Program-made: the position numbers and the translations under genes
Shown here: piece after piece, positions 13,524 to 27,433 of the stretch
Layout: each line of letters begins with the position of its first letter
How positions within the stretch are numbered: the stretch's first letter is position 1
Notes under the pieces: model-generated
The model's input: the letters and a program-made list of their open reading frames with translations, nothing else
What the model was told of the DNA's origin: nothing
The model's database searches: none
Assembly: GCA_964016885.1 (NCBI GenBank)
Contig: OZ024745.1
Coordinates: 133,176,001 to 133,240,000, forward strand
Origin: Eledone cirrhosa
Lineage: Eukaryota
Direction: 5' to 3'
Length of the DNA: 64,000 bases

Positions 13524-13566
<43 letters not shown>

Positions 13567-13610
13567 AAAGAGTAGGAATGGTCCATCTGGTATCTTACCA
13601 CACCCTCTTT

Positions 13611-13653
<43 letters not shown>

Positions 13654-13745
13654 TGCTTTAAAAATGAGGCTTGTTTGCATAATTGCAAACGAATCGAATA
13701 TTATTATTAATATTCGAAAGACTCGGATTACATTTATATATATAC

Positions 13746-13822
<77 letters not shown>

Positions 13823-15351
13823 TGAGCTCCGGCCATTTCAACAACTACATCCGAAATCTGTATATATCCTTAAGCGGTGGGGCTGATTCATTCGTGTGCA
13901 GGTGTAGATTTGTGTCTCTTGCGCAGTATGTGTGCCAGAAAATACTAGGTTGTAATGAGTCTTATCTGAAAATCTCAAAATCCTATCAAATGCATGTACA
14001 AATATATTTGCGCACAAGCATATGGTATGTTATGAAGCGCTTGTACATGTCCGCAAATATTGATTCACATTTCCTTACGCTTACTTGTCAATTTGCGACA
14101 ATGATTCCGAAGCACTACCATTATACTAACCTATTATCTTTCGACCTCTGTTAAATCAGTTTGTCTATTTTTCCTCGGGAGAGGTGCCGCATTGATCTAA
14201 GACAAACACGTTGCTTCGGGCTCTTAAATATTCCGAAAGGTATTTCAATCTGCATCCCTGTACAATAAACTAAAGTGCTTTGTAAATGCTGTCAACTGAA
14301 TTCTTATGGATTTGACAGGCCAAGAAAAGATTATTTCTTACTGAAATAAAATCAATTCTATATTTGGTTCTTATAGTCAAAATTAAGTGGTAAATATTTT
14401 AAGCTATGTTGATTTATAAAATTTACTATTTGTAATAATGTATTGCTGCAATTACTTTTATACGATTTGTTTTTCAATATATTAATCTAACAACTATTCT
14501 AAATCATAAACATCATCTCATAAATGTGCAAGATACAGCAGTGAAATCAACTAATTTCTGATTTACTCTTAGTATTTTACGTAGAGTTTCCCTTAATATA
14601 TATGTTTTAGTTAATATAACTGCTCTTATTTAATTATTTGAAAAGGAATATATTTTTATCTAAATCCTAAAATCTTTCCCTGCCTGAAATGTGCGGAAAA
14701 TATGATGGTTGGGTGGGGGCTGTTACCTGAAAGTACCTCAAGTTTTTACGACTGCAGGTTAAAACGAATATAAATAAGTATAAGAGTTTTACACATGTTT
14801 ATAATTTGTTGGACTACTGTGGCACTAATGTAGATTACTATTTCTGTTTGGGTTAAACTAATTACTAAACGATTGAAGTAGATGCATTCAACCAATTTAT
14901 ATACAGTTACCAGCGGAAACATTTATATTTCTCAAAGGAAATTGGAAATAACATCTAAATCAAAATATTTACAAAGTATATCAAACATCGTATAATAAAA
15001 ATATTTATTTCTTCTAAGATGGAACATTTTATGAGCAAGTCAATTACAATTAGATTAATTTCAGTATTATATAATTTACCCTATACATGCTAAACGTTTG
15101 ACAAATTAATCTATGGTCGTTTTTGAATTTGTATAGATTTATTTTGTATCCGCTTAAATAACGATATACGCACACTTACATTCAAATATAGTTTTTTTAC
15201 AATTATTTTAGTCTGTTATATTTTGTTCGTCCTACACCATGGTGATATGATAAATTGTAGTGATTTTTATCACACATATGTATATGTATATATATATATA
15301 TAGAGAGAGAGAGAGATGTATGTATTATGTGTGTGTGTGTGTGTTCGTATG

Positions 15352-15395
<44 letters not shown>

Positions 15396-15530
15396 AGGGG
15401 TCATATTGTTGAAGTATAACAATATTTGTTTCGACACACGATTTCATATCAAAAAGCTTCCAAAACAAATATATATATATATATATAAGAACCTTCCAAT
15501 TTTAATTATTTAAAGATTATTTTCAAAGAA

Positions 15531-15559
15531 CGTGACCCAACGGGTCACGGGTGGTCTAG
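15531..15559 (+). mobile_element. Helitron 3' terminus (same family as 30175-30634)
   Basis: Perfect hairpin CGTGACCC-AAC-GGGTCACG, then ggtggt-CTAG|T. Confidence 0.7.
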
Positions 15560-16556
15560 TATGTATATATATATATATATGTATATATATATACAGATGT
15601 GGATGGAGATGTCTGGCTCGGAGGTAAACCATCAGACACATTGAATAACATAATGTGACGCGTTGAGGTGAACGTAGTTGCAGCATCATCTACAAATATG
15701 CTGTTGTGATGGTCGCCTACGTCTGAGGGATAGCGGGACAAAGGACCGAAACATGGATGGACTTCACTTGATGAAACTTCGATTCCTGCATATGGGGCCG
15801 GAATACAGCAAGAATCTTAGCACAGATGAGTGTTTACCAACCATTATGTGTGAGGCTGCCTGTGACTGTATGTGCATGTGAATGCGTGTGTGTGTGTGTA
15901 TGAGTGTATGTATGTATGAGTGCGTATTTTTATTCAGAAGAAGCTTCTTATGATTGAAAATGTTGCTTATTATGAAGTTAATTAATCGTCATCATATTAC
16001 AGAAAATTTCAAACAGGAAAACACAGTGAATGAGAATTACTGTTGAGTAATTATACAAACATTCTTAACAATACTTCGGGTGAATTGTTCTCAGAATTTG
16101 GAATTGAACAACTGAATAATTCAATCTAGTAGGAAGCACATAAAATTACATGAAAAACATTTAAATTCCGATGTAGGCTACCATTGGAATTGCCATTTTC
16201 TCCTCACTTTCTAAATGGAAATAAATATACTCCCTGCATCAATATTACTTTGCTAGGTAATGATGTTGGCAGAAATTATCGCTAATTACTCTACCTATGA
16301 ACTCATACAACTGATAAACTTTATTCCTCAACAGATTAATTAAATGTTGCTATTGTGAAATAGATAATTGTACATCTGTTTACATTTTCTTTGTAAGGCA
16401 TAGTACCAAACGATCTTAAGATGGAATATTATTGACTGAATCATCCTCCTTTCGAATATTTTATTAAATACACTCTTTTCAAATAGAGTAACGTTATTCA
16501 AGGTAGCAAACGACAAAGAAGAGTTGGGTATATTTAGTGTCTGTCGAAAATGTATG

Positions 16557-16625
16557 ATATACCTTAACGGTTCAAGTTATCCCTGGAAAGACCTTCCAGG
16601 GATAACTTGAACCGTTAAGGTATAT
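16557..16625. repeat. Perfect 32-bp-arm inverted repeat (5-nt loop)
   Basis: atataccttaacggttcaagttatccctggaa / agacc / ttccagggataacttgaaccgttaaggtatat. Confidence 0.9.
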
Positions 16626-16667
16626 TATCCTTGGTTATGTCAAACTTTATAAAAGACACTTCGTATT

Positions 16668-16721
16668 TGATCTGATGATAGCCTACCAACATTTTTGGTA
16701 CCCTTGAAATATATATAATAG
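16668..16721 (+). ncRNA. Degenerate type I hammerhead motif
   Basis: CTGATGA-tagcc-TACCAA-cattt-TTGGTA-ccctt-GAAAT-ATAT-ATA^ATAG. Stem I and the base of stem II are weak. Confidence 0.45.
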
Positions 16722-17370
16722 AATAAATATGGTTTTATAAATATAGTTTCCATTTATTTAATATCATCGTATATTATACTCCAGAAAACTTGTCGAGTGC
16801 TCTGAATCAGTTATAATCATTTATATTTGTTGAATGACCAACAAATTGAATATCCCTTCTGCTTATATGTATATATATATATGTATATCTATATATTTAC
16901 ATATCTGTGTGTGTGCCAGCAATTTCTGCACATCCAGCCGTATTTTACGCTATGTCGCACACGCATGCGTACACATTCACATGCACATTGAATATATTTA
17001 GATAGACAACATTTGTAATCATTATGCCATATGTACTCATAATTACATCTATAAACACATGCCAATAAATGCAGTTGTATGGGTGTAATAAATATATTAT
17101 ATATATGAATTGACGTAGCATTGCATACACAAATACACAAGCAATATCGTTTTTATAGCTTATATAAATAAGATATCTAGACACATCATTTCTATTGAAA
17201 TGTATTCAGTAACACGATTTTGTTTTCTTCAGGTTTATGATTCAACTTAGAACGTAAAACCTGCGTTGATATACTTGAAACTGCAGAGGCATATAACCGC
17301 TATAAACATGCCTACAACGCCCACCATTTTTACATGCATACAGACTAATGACATATAAAAATGCTATATA

Positions 17371-17458
<88 letters not shown>

Positions 17459-18172
17459 TGTATGTATGTATGTATGTATGTATGTATGTGAGTATGTGAG
17501 TATGTATGTATGTTTGTATTCATGCGTGTATCTATGTATGTATGTATGTATAGCTAGGAAAACGCTGCAGACATCCTTGAATATGTAAAAATATATAAAG
17601 ACACAAAACAAACTTAGATACAGTAACAAGGTCTATAGACTTTAATAGCAATATAGCTGAGAAAAAATACCATAAATTAATGTTTTGCATACTAAATGTA
17701 AATAGGGTAGGCTTCCACGTGTAATATATTGATTTGGTGAATGTCGATCAACTGAGTTTATCGAAGCGATCATTATACAAATCACACTACAGAGATCTTT
17801 AAGACATAAATAATGTTAACCCCTCCAATACTCTCCGTCATCATTAGTTTATATTTGCTCTTCCACCGAAGCATATTAGCTTCAGTTGAAAACCACAGGG
17901 AGTTTTAAATAGAGGGAATGTGTTGACTGATAATAAGTATCAACTATATGTCTGCATACAAAAGCGGTTACTCTGCCCAATACGCTGAGTTAAAGAAAAA
18001 CATAATCAATTGATTATTGAGTAAATTGTAAAATTTTTCTCAGTCATATTCTTTATATAATTAAAGTAGATCTATCTATACATGACCTCTCAATATACTA
18101 GCTGTTGAAACGGCAAGAACTCCGTCTTACTCTACTGCCCCAAGTTGTGTAATGGTCTAACCAGTTTCAATC

Positions 18173-18219
<47 letters not shown>

Positions 18220-18309
18220 CCCGGCTTTAATCGGTACTCGATACGTTAGATGAGTGTAAACATCACCTTTAATGATGGCTTTCCTCTATCTTTTGTAAAT
18301 AGGAAAGAG

Positions 18310-18695
18310 ATAAAGCCGACGTCTACCCACCGGCGTCGTGAGGGGGGTCTGAAGGTAAGATATGTCCCCTAATCCTAACCCTAACCATAACCATATACAT
18401 GGCATCCCAAAATCATTGACCACTCCCTGCGACAGACAAGAAAACCAACAATTTTTAGGATTGGTTGATTTGATATTTCTACTTTGTTTTGATTGCATGC
18501 CCATATATGGACTGTACCCCTTGATAAGTTCAGCTAGGTCCCTGTCTTCCTAATACTACTGGTTTAGTTCGGATCTAACCGTCGAAACGGCCGGAGCTCA
18601 GTCGTTGGAGTCCTGACTCTTCTCCTATTACCCACTCTACTACCCTAAGTATCGAATACTCTGGTGCGTTATGGTTCACCTGGTATCTTACCACA
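18310..18695 (+). mobile_element. Longest copy of the 'GAGCTC-loop' pLTR-like element with a decayed HHR (about 18516-18611)
   Basis: ACCCC-TTGATAA-gttcAGCTAGGTCC...GGATCTAACC-gtc-GAAACGGC-cggagctca-GTCGTT^GGAGT, then the ~85-nt tail ending cttaccaca before (TA)n. It also has a short CCTAAC telomere-like run at about 18367-18392. Confidence 0.65.
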
Positions 18696-18702
18696 CTTAC
18701 TT

Positions 18703-18758
<56 letters not shown>

Positions 18759-18938
18759 GCCGTTTTGGAAGCCTCTACAATGCAGGTGGGTAAATCTCCG
18801 GGTAACAAAAGCAGGTGGTAGTGAGATGAGAGAGAAGTAGGAAGAAGCGTAGAATGAGATGTAGAGAGCGTGAAAGAAGGTAAGAAAAGCGTAAAAAGAG
18901 ACAGAGTTTCTTTGGAAGAGATTTATTGGACCGTCTCT

Positions 18939-18980
<42 letters not shown>

Positions 18981-19103
18981 CAAATAACGAAACGAAATTA
19001 AATTTCGTTTCGTTTGTAACTCACTTTTGTATGACTGACGCTTAAACATATATATATATTAAAATACAAATATTAATGAAATATATGTTAAACATATATA
19101 TAT

Positions 19104-19408
19104 ATATTAAAATACAAATATTAATGGAATATATGTTCTTTTGATCAATAACATTTTATTATACATATTTCGGAGGTACATATATATCAGACAAAATATA
19201 ATGATACATGACATACCCTGAGATTTTAAATGGTTAAGATTTAATCAAGGTAGTCCTTGATTAAATCTTAACCATTTAACATCTCATGATATGTCATGTA
19301 TCATTATATTTTGTCTGATGAGGATGTACTCTTGTACCTCCGAAATATGTATAATAAAATGTAATTGATCAAAAGAACATCTATTTTATTAATATTTGTA
19401 TTGTAATA
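19104..19408. repeat. ~145-bp-arm fold-back inverted repeat centred near 19252
   Basis: ...tggttaagatttaatcaagg-tagt-ccttgattaaatcttaacca... with the arms continuing, with few mismatches, to the flanks. Confidence 0.85.
19311..19357 (+). ncRNA. Type I hammerhead ribozyme
   Basis: TTGT-CTGATGA-GGA-t-GTAC-tctt-GTAC-c-TCC-GAAAT-ATGT-ATA^ATAA. Confidence 0.7.
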
Positions 19409-19507
19409 TTAATAACTCTGGAAAATAATATCAGTAGAGTGCTTCCAACCTACTGTAAAACTCATTCGCTGATATACTCATTTAATCTTGTTTAACTCTT
19501 AAATATA

Positions 19508-19556
<49 letters not shown>

Positions 19557-19558
<2 letters not shown>

Positions 19559-19661
19559 GTGTGTATAATGGTAGCTATGGTGCTTTCATAAGCGGTATGC
19601 CAAAATTAGCACTCAATATTCATACAGAGCAGAGTGTGAATAGTATATACTATACTATATA

Positions 19662-19714
<53 letters not shown>

Positions 19715-19812
19715 GTGTGTATAATGGTAGCTATGGTGCTTTCATAAGCGGTATGCCAAAATTAGCACTCAATATTCATACAGAGAAGAGTGTGAATAGT
19801 ATATACTATACT
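19557..19812 (+). repeat. ~100-bp direct duplication separated by (TA)n
   Basis: acgtgtgtataatggtagctatggtgc...gtgtgaatagtatatactatac occurs at about 19557 and 19713, nearly identical. Confidence 0.9.
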
Positions 19813-19950
19813 ATATATATATGTATATATATATATATATATATACATATACTTGAAAGAGATAGAAAGCTAAACAATGTAAATTGACTGTAAGATGAGG
19901 TAACGAAAATTAAGTTACCTGGTAGTCTTTGTTTTATTTTTTTTTTCTGT

Positions 19951-19986
19951 CCAATATTTCCGGACCTAAAAATCCCTTCTTCAGGG
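19951..19986 (-). ncRNA. Minimal type I hammerhead motif
   Basis: Minus strand: CC-CTGAAGA-ag-GGATTT-tt-AGGTCC-g-GAAAT-ATT^GG. Palindromic AATATT replaces stem III. Confidence 0.5.
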
Positions 19987-20424
19987 TTTAAGGAACATTC
20001 AAAGGATAAAGTTCCAAGTTCCTATTTTGGGGATAAAATTTTGATTTTAATTTTTCTAAGTCGTCTTCAAGTGTCATTTTTTATGATTATTTCACTATTT
20101 ACGAGAATGACGTCAAATGCCAATATAGTATTTCACGAAATCAATTCTCATTTTTGTGTACCTGTGGGTGTGCCTTTTTATGTTAATTATTGTGAGTCTT
20201 TATCTATTATCTATTTGCGAGTTGAGTCTACGTATGCGCAAGGCTTCTTTAATTCTTAAATTTTCATGTCTATCTCTAGCTTCAATAGTAACAGTAATAT
20301 GTTGGTTGATGTCAATATATATAAATAATGCAGGGATGTCGATCAGTGTTAGACAGGGATATATGCCTTTTTATCCACCAGCTGGTTTTAAATACCAATT
20401 CGAACTTAATCAGCATTATTTTCG

Positions 20425-20617
20425 CAGTATCGGTAGAGGGTCGGACACCATGCTTTGCAGCATGGAGTTACGGCTCTTCAAATACCGTTCACATGCCGCC
20501 GAGTTCAAATCCCGTCGAGGTTAACTTTGCCTTTCAGCCTTATGGGGTCGATAAATTAAAGTACCAGTAATACACTGTGGTAATTGTTGGCCTTGTGCCA
20601 AAACTAGAAACAATTAT
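20425..20617 (+). mobile_element. tRNA-derived SINE with Meta-domain-like core
   Basis: GAGTTCAAATCCCG B-box, then GAGGTTAACTTTGCCTTTCAGCCTTATGGGGTCGATAAA..GTACCAG, then a GGCCTTGTGCCAAAACTAGAAACAATTAT tail. Confidence 0.8.
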
Positions 20618-21741
20618 CTTCATTGTCCCAAATTATCGTACAGCTGCTAACCTCATTTGAAATTTCTCTCTCCTGTTATTATTTGTTATGTTTATTCACT
20701 CAAACGTATTTTATGTCTGTAAATTAACTGTGATGTTTTACGTGATCGAAGTTTGTCAACACATTATTATACATAATTGAGATTCTAAAGAATGTGTATT
20801 TATTATGGAGTACGTTAAACTGGTGAGTTTTTCGTCAATCTTTCTTTATTTTTGTTTCATATCTACATCAAAATATTTCGTCTCTTTCTATATATATTTA
20901 TCACGTTTATTCTTGCCATCTCATCATACTGAGATTCATATTATATATACGATATACGAAAACCTACTTATATAATGAAATGGTAGATTCATTGTAGTTT
21001 AGCCATTATCGAGTGGTTTAATAAACAATGATATTAAATACTATTATATTCCACTTTCATTTTGATTTCGATGTTTTTTTCCTTCTACTAATCATTCTTA
21101 TTCTCTTTGGTATATTTTATTTTTTATTTGTATAATTGCGTAGGTTTTTTATTCAAACCAAAGAAATATTGAGATGTCTGAGTCAATCTAAACAGAATTG
21201 TTTACAAGATTAGATATGCTTGTTAGAACGAGAGAGCAACACGGCGTGAATAATTCTATCAGAAATAAAGTTGAACGTTAAAGTAGGTTGTAAGCTAAAT
21301 GTTTTATTCGTTCCGTGCAGTTCGTAATGGGGCAACTTCAAATATAGTCTAGATATCAACAGTAATAAAGCTAAAGAAACAATACCCTCTTTCTTGGATT
21401 GTGTATACACAGATTAATTCTTCGTTTTACGCATATGTATGGCTTACCATCAATTTTTCTATTAAAACTGTAAATAGATTTTTAGATAAAAGTGCTCCAT
21501 TCATGTACCTAAGGAATTCAGAGATTCTAGAACAGATTATTTTGTTAAACTTTATTCCCAAGCTTTACAGACTTGGTGAAGAGTAGAATTAAATACGATC
21601 GCCGAGTAAATGTAGAATCTAGGAAAAGGAAATGAAGAAACGAAAGAAATCATTATTTCTCAGAATCAAAGATTATTTCTTCCGCTCTATAAGCAATTTG
21701 TATCATCATGGATATTTTACCAGGAAATATATATATAAGGT

Positions 21742-21804
<63 letters not shown>

Positions 21805-21926
21805 ATGTAGGAGTGAGTTTTATTTAGGACAATAAAACTATGCATATATCGGATAAGTAACACTCAACAGTTTATTGGACTGGAGTATATATGCCTTTTT
21901 TAGGCATCATATCATGTTACCTTATC

Positions 21927-21986
21927 TTATCTGATGAGAACGCAACTATCGTTGCGTGATATTTGTTTTTGAAATGCGCATAATAA
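21927..21986 (+). ncRNA. Type I hammerhead ribozyme
   Basis: TTAT-CTGATGA-ga-ACGCAAC-tatc-GTTGCGT...GAAAT-GCGC-ATA^ATAA. Palindromic ATGCGCAT at stem III; stem I TTAT/ATAA. Confidence 0.65.
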
Positions 21987-22023
21987 AATATATGGAACTT
22001 TTTTAACCATCTTTTAATTTCTT

Positions 22024-22084
<61 letters not shown>

Positions 22085-22145
22085 CCACGACAGGAAATAT
22101 ATATAAAAATATATATGCAGTAATGCTATGAAATTCCCCATTGTT

Positions 22146-22360
22146 TTAGTTTGTTTGTAGTTTTTTTTTGTTTTTTTTGCAGTACTTCTTGTCGTCTAAG
22201 ATTTTAAGTTCCAAGTTCCTATAGTAGTCAGTGGCCATAATGACCATAGTGCTCCATTTATCTGTTTCTTTGAAGGTTATTTCAGTGTTATCGCGGAGTG
22301 TGAATACTTCTTTCCATTCATGTTTTGAGATTCGATTTCGTGTGTTTATTCGTAATTTGT
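22146..22360 (-). mobile_element. Penelope-like element N-terminal (pre-RT) coding fragment
   Basis: RNRISKHEWKEVFTLRDNTEITFKETDKWSTMVIMATDYY..LELKILDDKKY matches the PLE N.S..E..AL..L..N.DI.IK.ADKG..VVIM...Y....L.D...Y motif. Confidence 0.75.
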
Positions 22361-22605
22361 TCAGAGGGGAAGTTGATGGTGCGTACGAGGTAGGTGTCCG
22401 GTCATGTGTTCCTCCCTTTCTGTGAGCAGAAATCACTTTTGTTTCTGACTCTTGATTCGTCTTCAGTGTTGTTGTCATTGGAGAAGTATTCTATTAGTTT
22501 AAGTTTTCAGCAGGTTTCATTTCGGGGAAGTTAGATATTAGTGGTGTTGTTGTAATACACATATTTATATATATATAAGCATACGCACGCATATACATAC
22601 ATACA

Positions 22606-22648
<43 letters not shown>

Positions 22649-22649
22649 C

Positions 22650-22825
22650 GAAGGAATTGTGGTAAGGACCATAACGCACCAGAGTACTCAATATTTAGGG
22701 TAGTAGAGTGGGAAATAGGAAAAAGTATGACCCCAACGGCAGAGCAAAAGCCGTTTCGACGGCTATATCTGTCCAGAAATAGCCGTCAAAACGGCTTGAG
22801 CTCTGCCGTCGGGGTCATACTTTTT

Positions 22826-22828
<3 letters not shown>
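22650..22828. mobile_element. 'GAGCTC-loop' family copy with fold-back
   Basis: Reverse-oriented tail plus hairpin aggaaaaagtatgacccc...gacggcta | tagccgtc...ggggtcatactttttcct, between two (TA)n tracts. Confidence 0.85.
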
Positions 22829-22859
<31 letters not shown>

Positions 22860-22860
22860 C

Positions 22861-23332
22861 GTATTGGTGCGCTGAAATAGCGATGTATACATGAATGTCT
22901 GTATAGTATATTTTGCAATATACAGTATGTTTAATTTAAAACATTTAGAAGACCATTCGCTATGAATTTTAAATTAGTAACTATGTCACTTACTTATTTT
23001 CGTCAAAATCAAAGGGAGAGTGATTGACAATCTATTTCTCACTTGTTGGCGTTTATCAAGACCACGCACTCCCTTGCTTCTGCCGAGATTTATAGAAGCT
23101 GGATTCTTTTAGAATCCCAGTAATATTTAAGAGTTGATTAAACAGAGCGATTGCTGGTCCAGCAAAACTTAGATATTAGTATTGGTGCTCTGAAATATCG
23201 ATGTATACATGAATGTATGTATAGTATATTTGGCAATATGTTGTATGTTTAATTAAAAAACATTTTGAAAGGTCTTCAAAATGTTTTTAATTAAACATAC
23301 TGTATATTGCCAAATACACTACATATATTCAT
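22861..23332 (-). mobile_element. Older copy of the ~315-nt retrozyme-like tandem family plus terminal fold-back
   Basis: Direct repeat gtattggtgc.ctgaaata.cgatgtatacatgaatg at 22861 and 23179 (318 nt apart). A decayed HHR (minus: TTGATAA...GAAAT.GATTGTC) is flanked by the caaagggagagtg/cgcactcccttg helix. Similar to 55216-55903. Confidence 0.6.
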
Positions 23333-25484
23333 ATATATATATATATATATATATACAAAGAAGCGGAGCCGGGAGTTGTTTGCAGTAAAAAATAGCGATA
23401 GAGTCGATATTGTACTTCGTGTATTTATCCGTCTTTAGATTTAATTGCTCTCTTATACTGTTGGGAAGTATTGCTAATATTTCACATTCTAACATTACAT
23501 TTATTTAAATTCTTAATCCCTACTCCTGTTCTTCATGTTGCAACTTTGTAACGATTATTGACACTAATTTCGAGCTTAATATTTGGCATACCTCTTCATG
23601 ATTTTATTACATCCTCCATTTAGTAGATTGACAATATCAGAATATCGGCATGATGTAGATCCAGCAATGAAAACTTAATCACCATTTGTTTTAGTTTTAA
23701 CCCTAATACAATTTTCTATGGCTTAACTTATATATTAAAGAGGATTATACTCAGTTCTTCCTCCATATGCCTCGTATGACTTTCAGTCTACAATTATAAA
23801 TTCCCTTTGAAAGGCAGGTCTTTCAAAGTTTACCGTTCTGGAGGACCAGTTATCGACAATGCATGCTTGTCTCCCCTTATTTCATCACTGATAGTCGCCA
23901 AAGGAAATAAATGGAGGATATAGTTTGGCATTAGAAGCGTAGCAAGTGAACGTAGAACGCATGGAGCGGAACAATATTTATCGACAACAAAAGGCAAAGT
24001 TGACCATAGTCGGATTCGAGCTCAGTTTATTTCGACGTTTTAACGTCTCTGCCACTTCTCCATGTTTTGTGTATATTAATTTTAACGAAGTACTAATTAA
24101 TGTGACATATATGTACAAGTTTTGAAATGGTAATGCACAATATTAGTAGAAGGAATTTTTTTTTTTTTTTTTGCATTTTGCATTTTCGATTACAAATTCG
24201 ATTTTAAATTTCTATTAAAATCAAATATTTTCGATGATTTTATTTTTGCCAGATGATTTTTAATAAATTGAAAATATGGAAAGAAATGTTTAATATGTTT
24301 ATAAATTCCTAAAGGTTTTTGTAGTTAATAATCCTCAATTTAGTTTAAAGCTGGGTGAAATAGTAATTCTCAAGATGAAAGAATATTTTAATAATGAGGA
24401 AACATAAAACAACTTTGTTATCCTGATTTATGCATGTCACTTAAAAATTATTAAATAAACAACAATATTTAATGGAATATTATCATTTTTTCCGTGAGAT
24501 TTCATTTGATCCCCACTGACCAACTTCGCATTTATTTGGAAATCGTAATTGAATTGCCAAGAGAAATTGAAATATAATTGTTTCTTTTTGGTTTGAATTT
24601 TTGTTTTCTGCAGCTCATGCTTGTCGTGGTTGTCATTATACTAACTTCATGTTAGTATGTGAGGAATACACTGCATTATCTTAAATCAAATGAAACCCAG
24701 ATGTGCGATTTCAGAGTCATTTTGCCCAACAAATAAAGAAACTGATGGTCTGTATCCTCCCATTCCTAATATGATACACGATTGCTATATGCAACATCTT
24801 CATTTTATACCATTTATATATGGTTTTACAATTATAATCTTGTAAGTATAGTTGCTGCACCAAAGGCCATTTAGAAACGAAGCTGTGTGCTTTCCGATTC
24901 AGATTAATTGACACTATTGCTTGTGAAAAGTGCACATGGTTAACTTTCCTCCTATGAAATTTTGCGTATTGCGGATATAAAATATATTGGAGAAATTTCC
25001 CTTTATTCGATGAGCATGTGTTATAGAGATATTAAAATTGCCACAGCATTGTTCACCCGAATTAATATGTAGAAATGTGCTGTTTCGATGATTGAAAAAG
25101 TTAGTTTTGATAATATCAACATTAATCGGTGTTTGTAACTATTGTGAGTTGTGGTGATATCTATAACAAAATGTATTATATCATAATCTGGAATTGGTCC
25201 AGGAGACAAGAAAGATTGTAGTGGATTACATATTTGCTTGTTTACAGATAAGACACTGTTAATATATGAGCAATGTAGAATTAAGCATTACTAGAATTAT
25301 TTAGTGTTTTATACAAGATGATTTACACAGATTATCGATACTGGTGCATTTATAGCTATACAAATTCAGCCAAAATTTCAATCTTAATGTACACCCCCGC
25401 CCCCCGAATACTTCCTCATCACCACCATGAATAACGATCTATTGCAGCATTTTTATGTTTCTTTGCATTATTATAAATAAATAA

Positions 25485-25620
25485 ACGGCCCTTGCTATTC
25501 TGAGTTCAAATCCCGCCGAGGTTAACTTTGCCTTTCATCCTTACGGGGTCGATAAAATACAGTACCAGTAATGGACTGGATTATTGCTGACCTTGTGCCA
25601 AAAGTAGAAACAATTATTAT
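25485..25620 (+). mobile_element. tRNA-derived SINE (5'-truncated)
   Basis: TGAGTTCAAATCCCGCCGAGGTTAACTTTGCCTTTCATCCTTACGGGGTCGATAAAATACAGTACCAG. Confidence 0.85.
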
Positions 25621-26559
25621 AAATAAATAAAGGAATAATTATTACGTTGAAATCTAGAATAACTGTAATTCACTTCCGTTTCATTAAAATCAATTTAATT
25701 GTACTTTCTTTAAATTCTAAATGTTAAGGAGTCTCCAGATCTAATTTAAATATTTTTTCTCTTTGCTGGATACGTGTGCATATCATCACAAGTTATTATT
25801 AATTAATTTGTGTATGCAATCACCTAACTGAAAAATTTGACTAATCTACTGTGATATCTTGTTACATAAGCTGGAAATAATTAGTTGGGGTGATTTCGTA
25901 CTGCCATGTTCCAATATGTAACAAACCTTGAAATTAGACAACTACGTTTACGTTAATCACGGAACTCGGCGTTAGTAATTAAAATATAAAAATAAGCCAT
26001 GGCACTTCAACTAAGGCGTACCTTTTGAGGTGGATTTAAAATAATTTGATAATTAAGTAAAGAATGTTAATTCGCTATTCTGAAAATGTTTTTTGTAACA
26101 TCAGATAGGAGCATTTACTGAAGACAGGAAATCATTGCTTTTTCACATATTCATTTTGTATAAATACTATGGCCGTAGGCATGATTGTAGAATGAAGAAA
26201 CATATTTCGAAACGTGTTTCCAAGTTCGAGCTTACTTCATGGCATCTTGATCAGGTTGCGTCTATCATAACACAGAGTTGATCAGTACCTTCAAAACTAT
26301 TAGACGGAATATGTACAGAATCCTGTCCAAGAGGCCTTCGCGGTACATTGACATGTGCTACAAATATCGGCTCTCTTGAAAACAAGTCTAGTGAGTTACA
26401 AATACTCGAAGCCACTTTCACATTCAAGTGAAATGCCCGCTAGAAAGCAACCACGGAACCTATAGTTCAGACATTTTAAAATGAAATGAAATAAAATTGA
26501 ACTTTGCTTCCCGGAAACCATCGGTTGCAACACAACTCTAACTATGAATACATATTTCT

Positions 26560-26755
26560 TATTTAGGCACAATGCCAACAATTTTAGGGAAGGAGATAGT
26601 CAATTAAATCTAACCAACACATTACTGGTATTTCATCTTATCGACCTCATATGGATGAGAAACACAGCTAACGTCAGCAGAATTTTAACTGAGAGCGTAA
26701 AAGGCTGCAAAGCATATTGTCCGACGTTCTACTGATACTGACAATCCACCGCCCG
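26560..26755 (-). mobile_element. Degenerate SINE
   Basis: Plus strand ctggtatttcatcttatcgacctcatatggatgaga is the reverse complement of the SINE core; aggcacaa tail-like segment at about 26564. Confidence 0.55.
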
Positions 26756-27349
26756 TTCTCACTATGAATAATGTATACTAGTTTAGGATTTGTGTGACAT
26801 ATTTGGGAGACCATTTTAACAATAGCAGTAATCTATGTTTACTCAACCCATAGACCTCTAAGGTCGACAAACAGAGATATTTGCTTAAGAACGTGCAAGA
26901 CACACTGATCCGATGATTGCCAATTCCAACAATTCACCACGGTTAAGCAGGCAATAAACGTAAATGAATAATTCAAAGCCATTTCTGATGACCGCATTTT
27001 AAAGCATGAGGGGGGGGGGGTACATAGGTTCGTATGCACTATGTTGTAGATTAAACAATTTAATATCAATAATGATCGATAATGTAATGTTTGAACCTAA
27101 AATATACTATTTATCAAATTAACGACCTTTTGAACTAAAATAATTCCAAAGGAAGTGCAATATATGAACCGATGAAATGTTGAGGCATTGATCCTTAAAC
27201 TAATATTCACATGAAGCAAATACATCATAGCGGCAATTCAAATATTACGCATACACACAAACACTAGCGAAATACATAGATATATACATACATACATCCA
27301 TATATCTATATATATACACACACACACATATATACAGACACACGCACAT

Positions 27350-27396
<47 letters not shown>

Positions 27397-27433
27397 TTAA
27401 ATGACAATCAAAGAGTGTTTAAAACATTTAATC

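Noticed and set aside
17221-17340. Possible acceptor (ttttcttcag) followed by EGF-like RKTCVDI
   Set aside because: In-frame TGA just after the acceptor and no further cysteine pattern or clear donor.
24601-24662. Possible small exon LMLVVVVIILTS after tttctgcag
   Set aside because: Too short and with no partner exons recognisable. It cannot be supported without transcript data.
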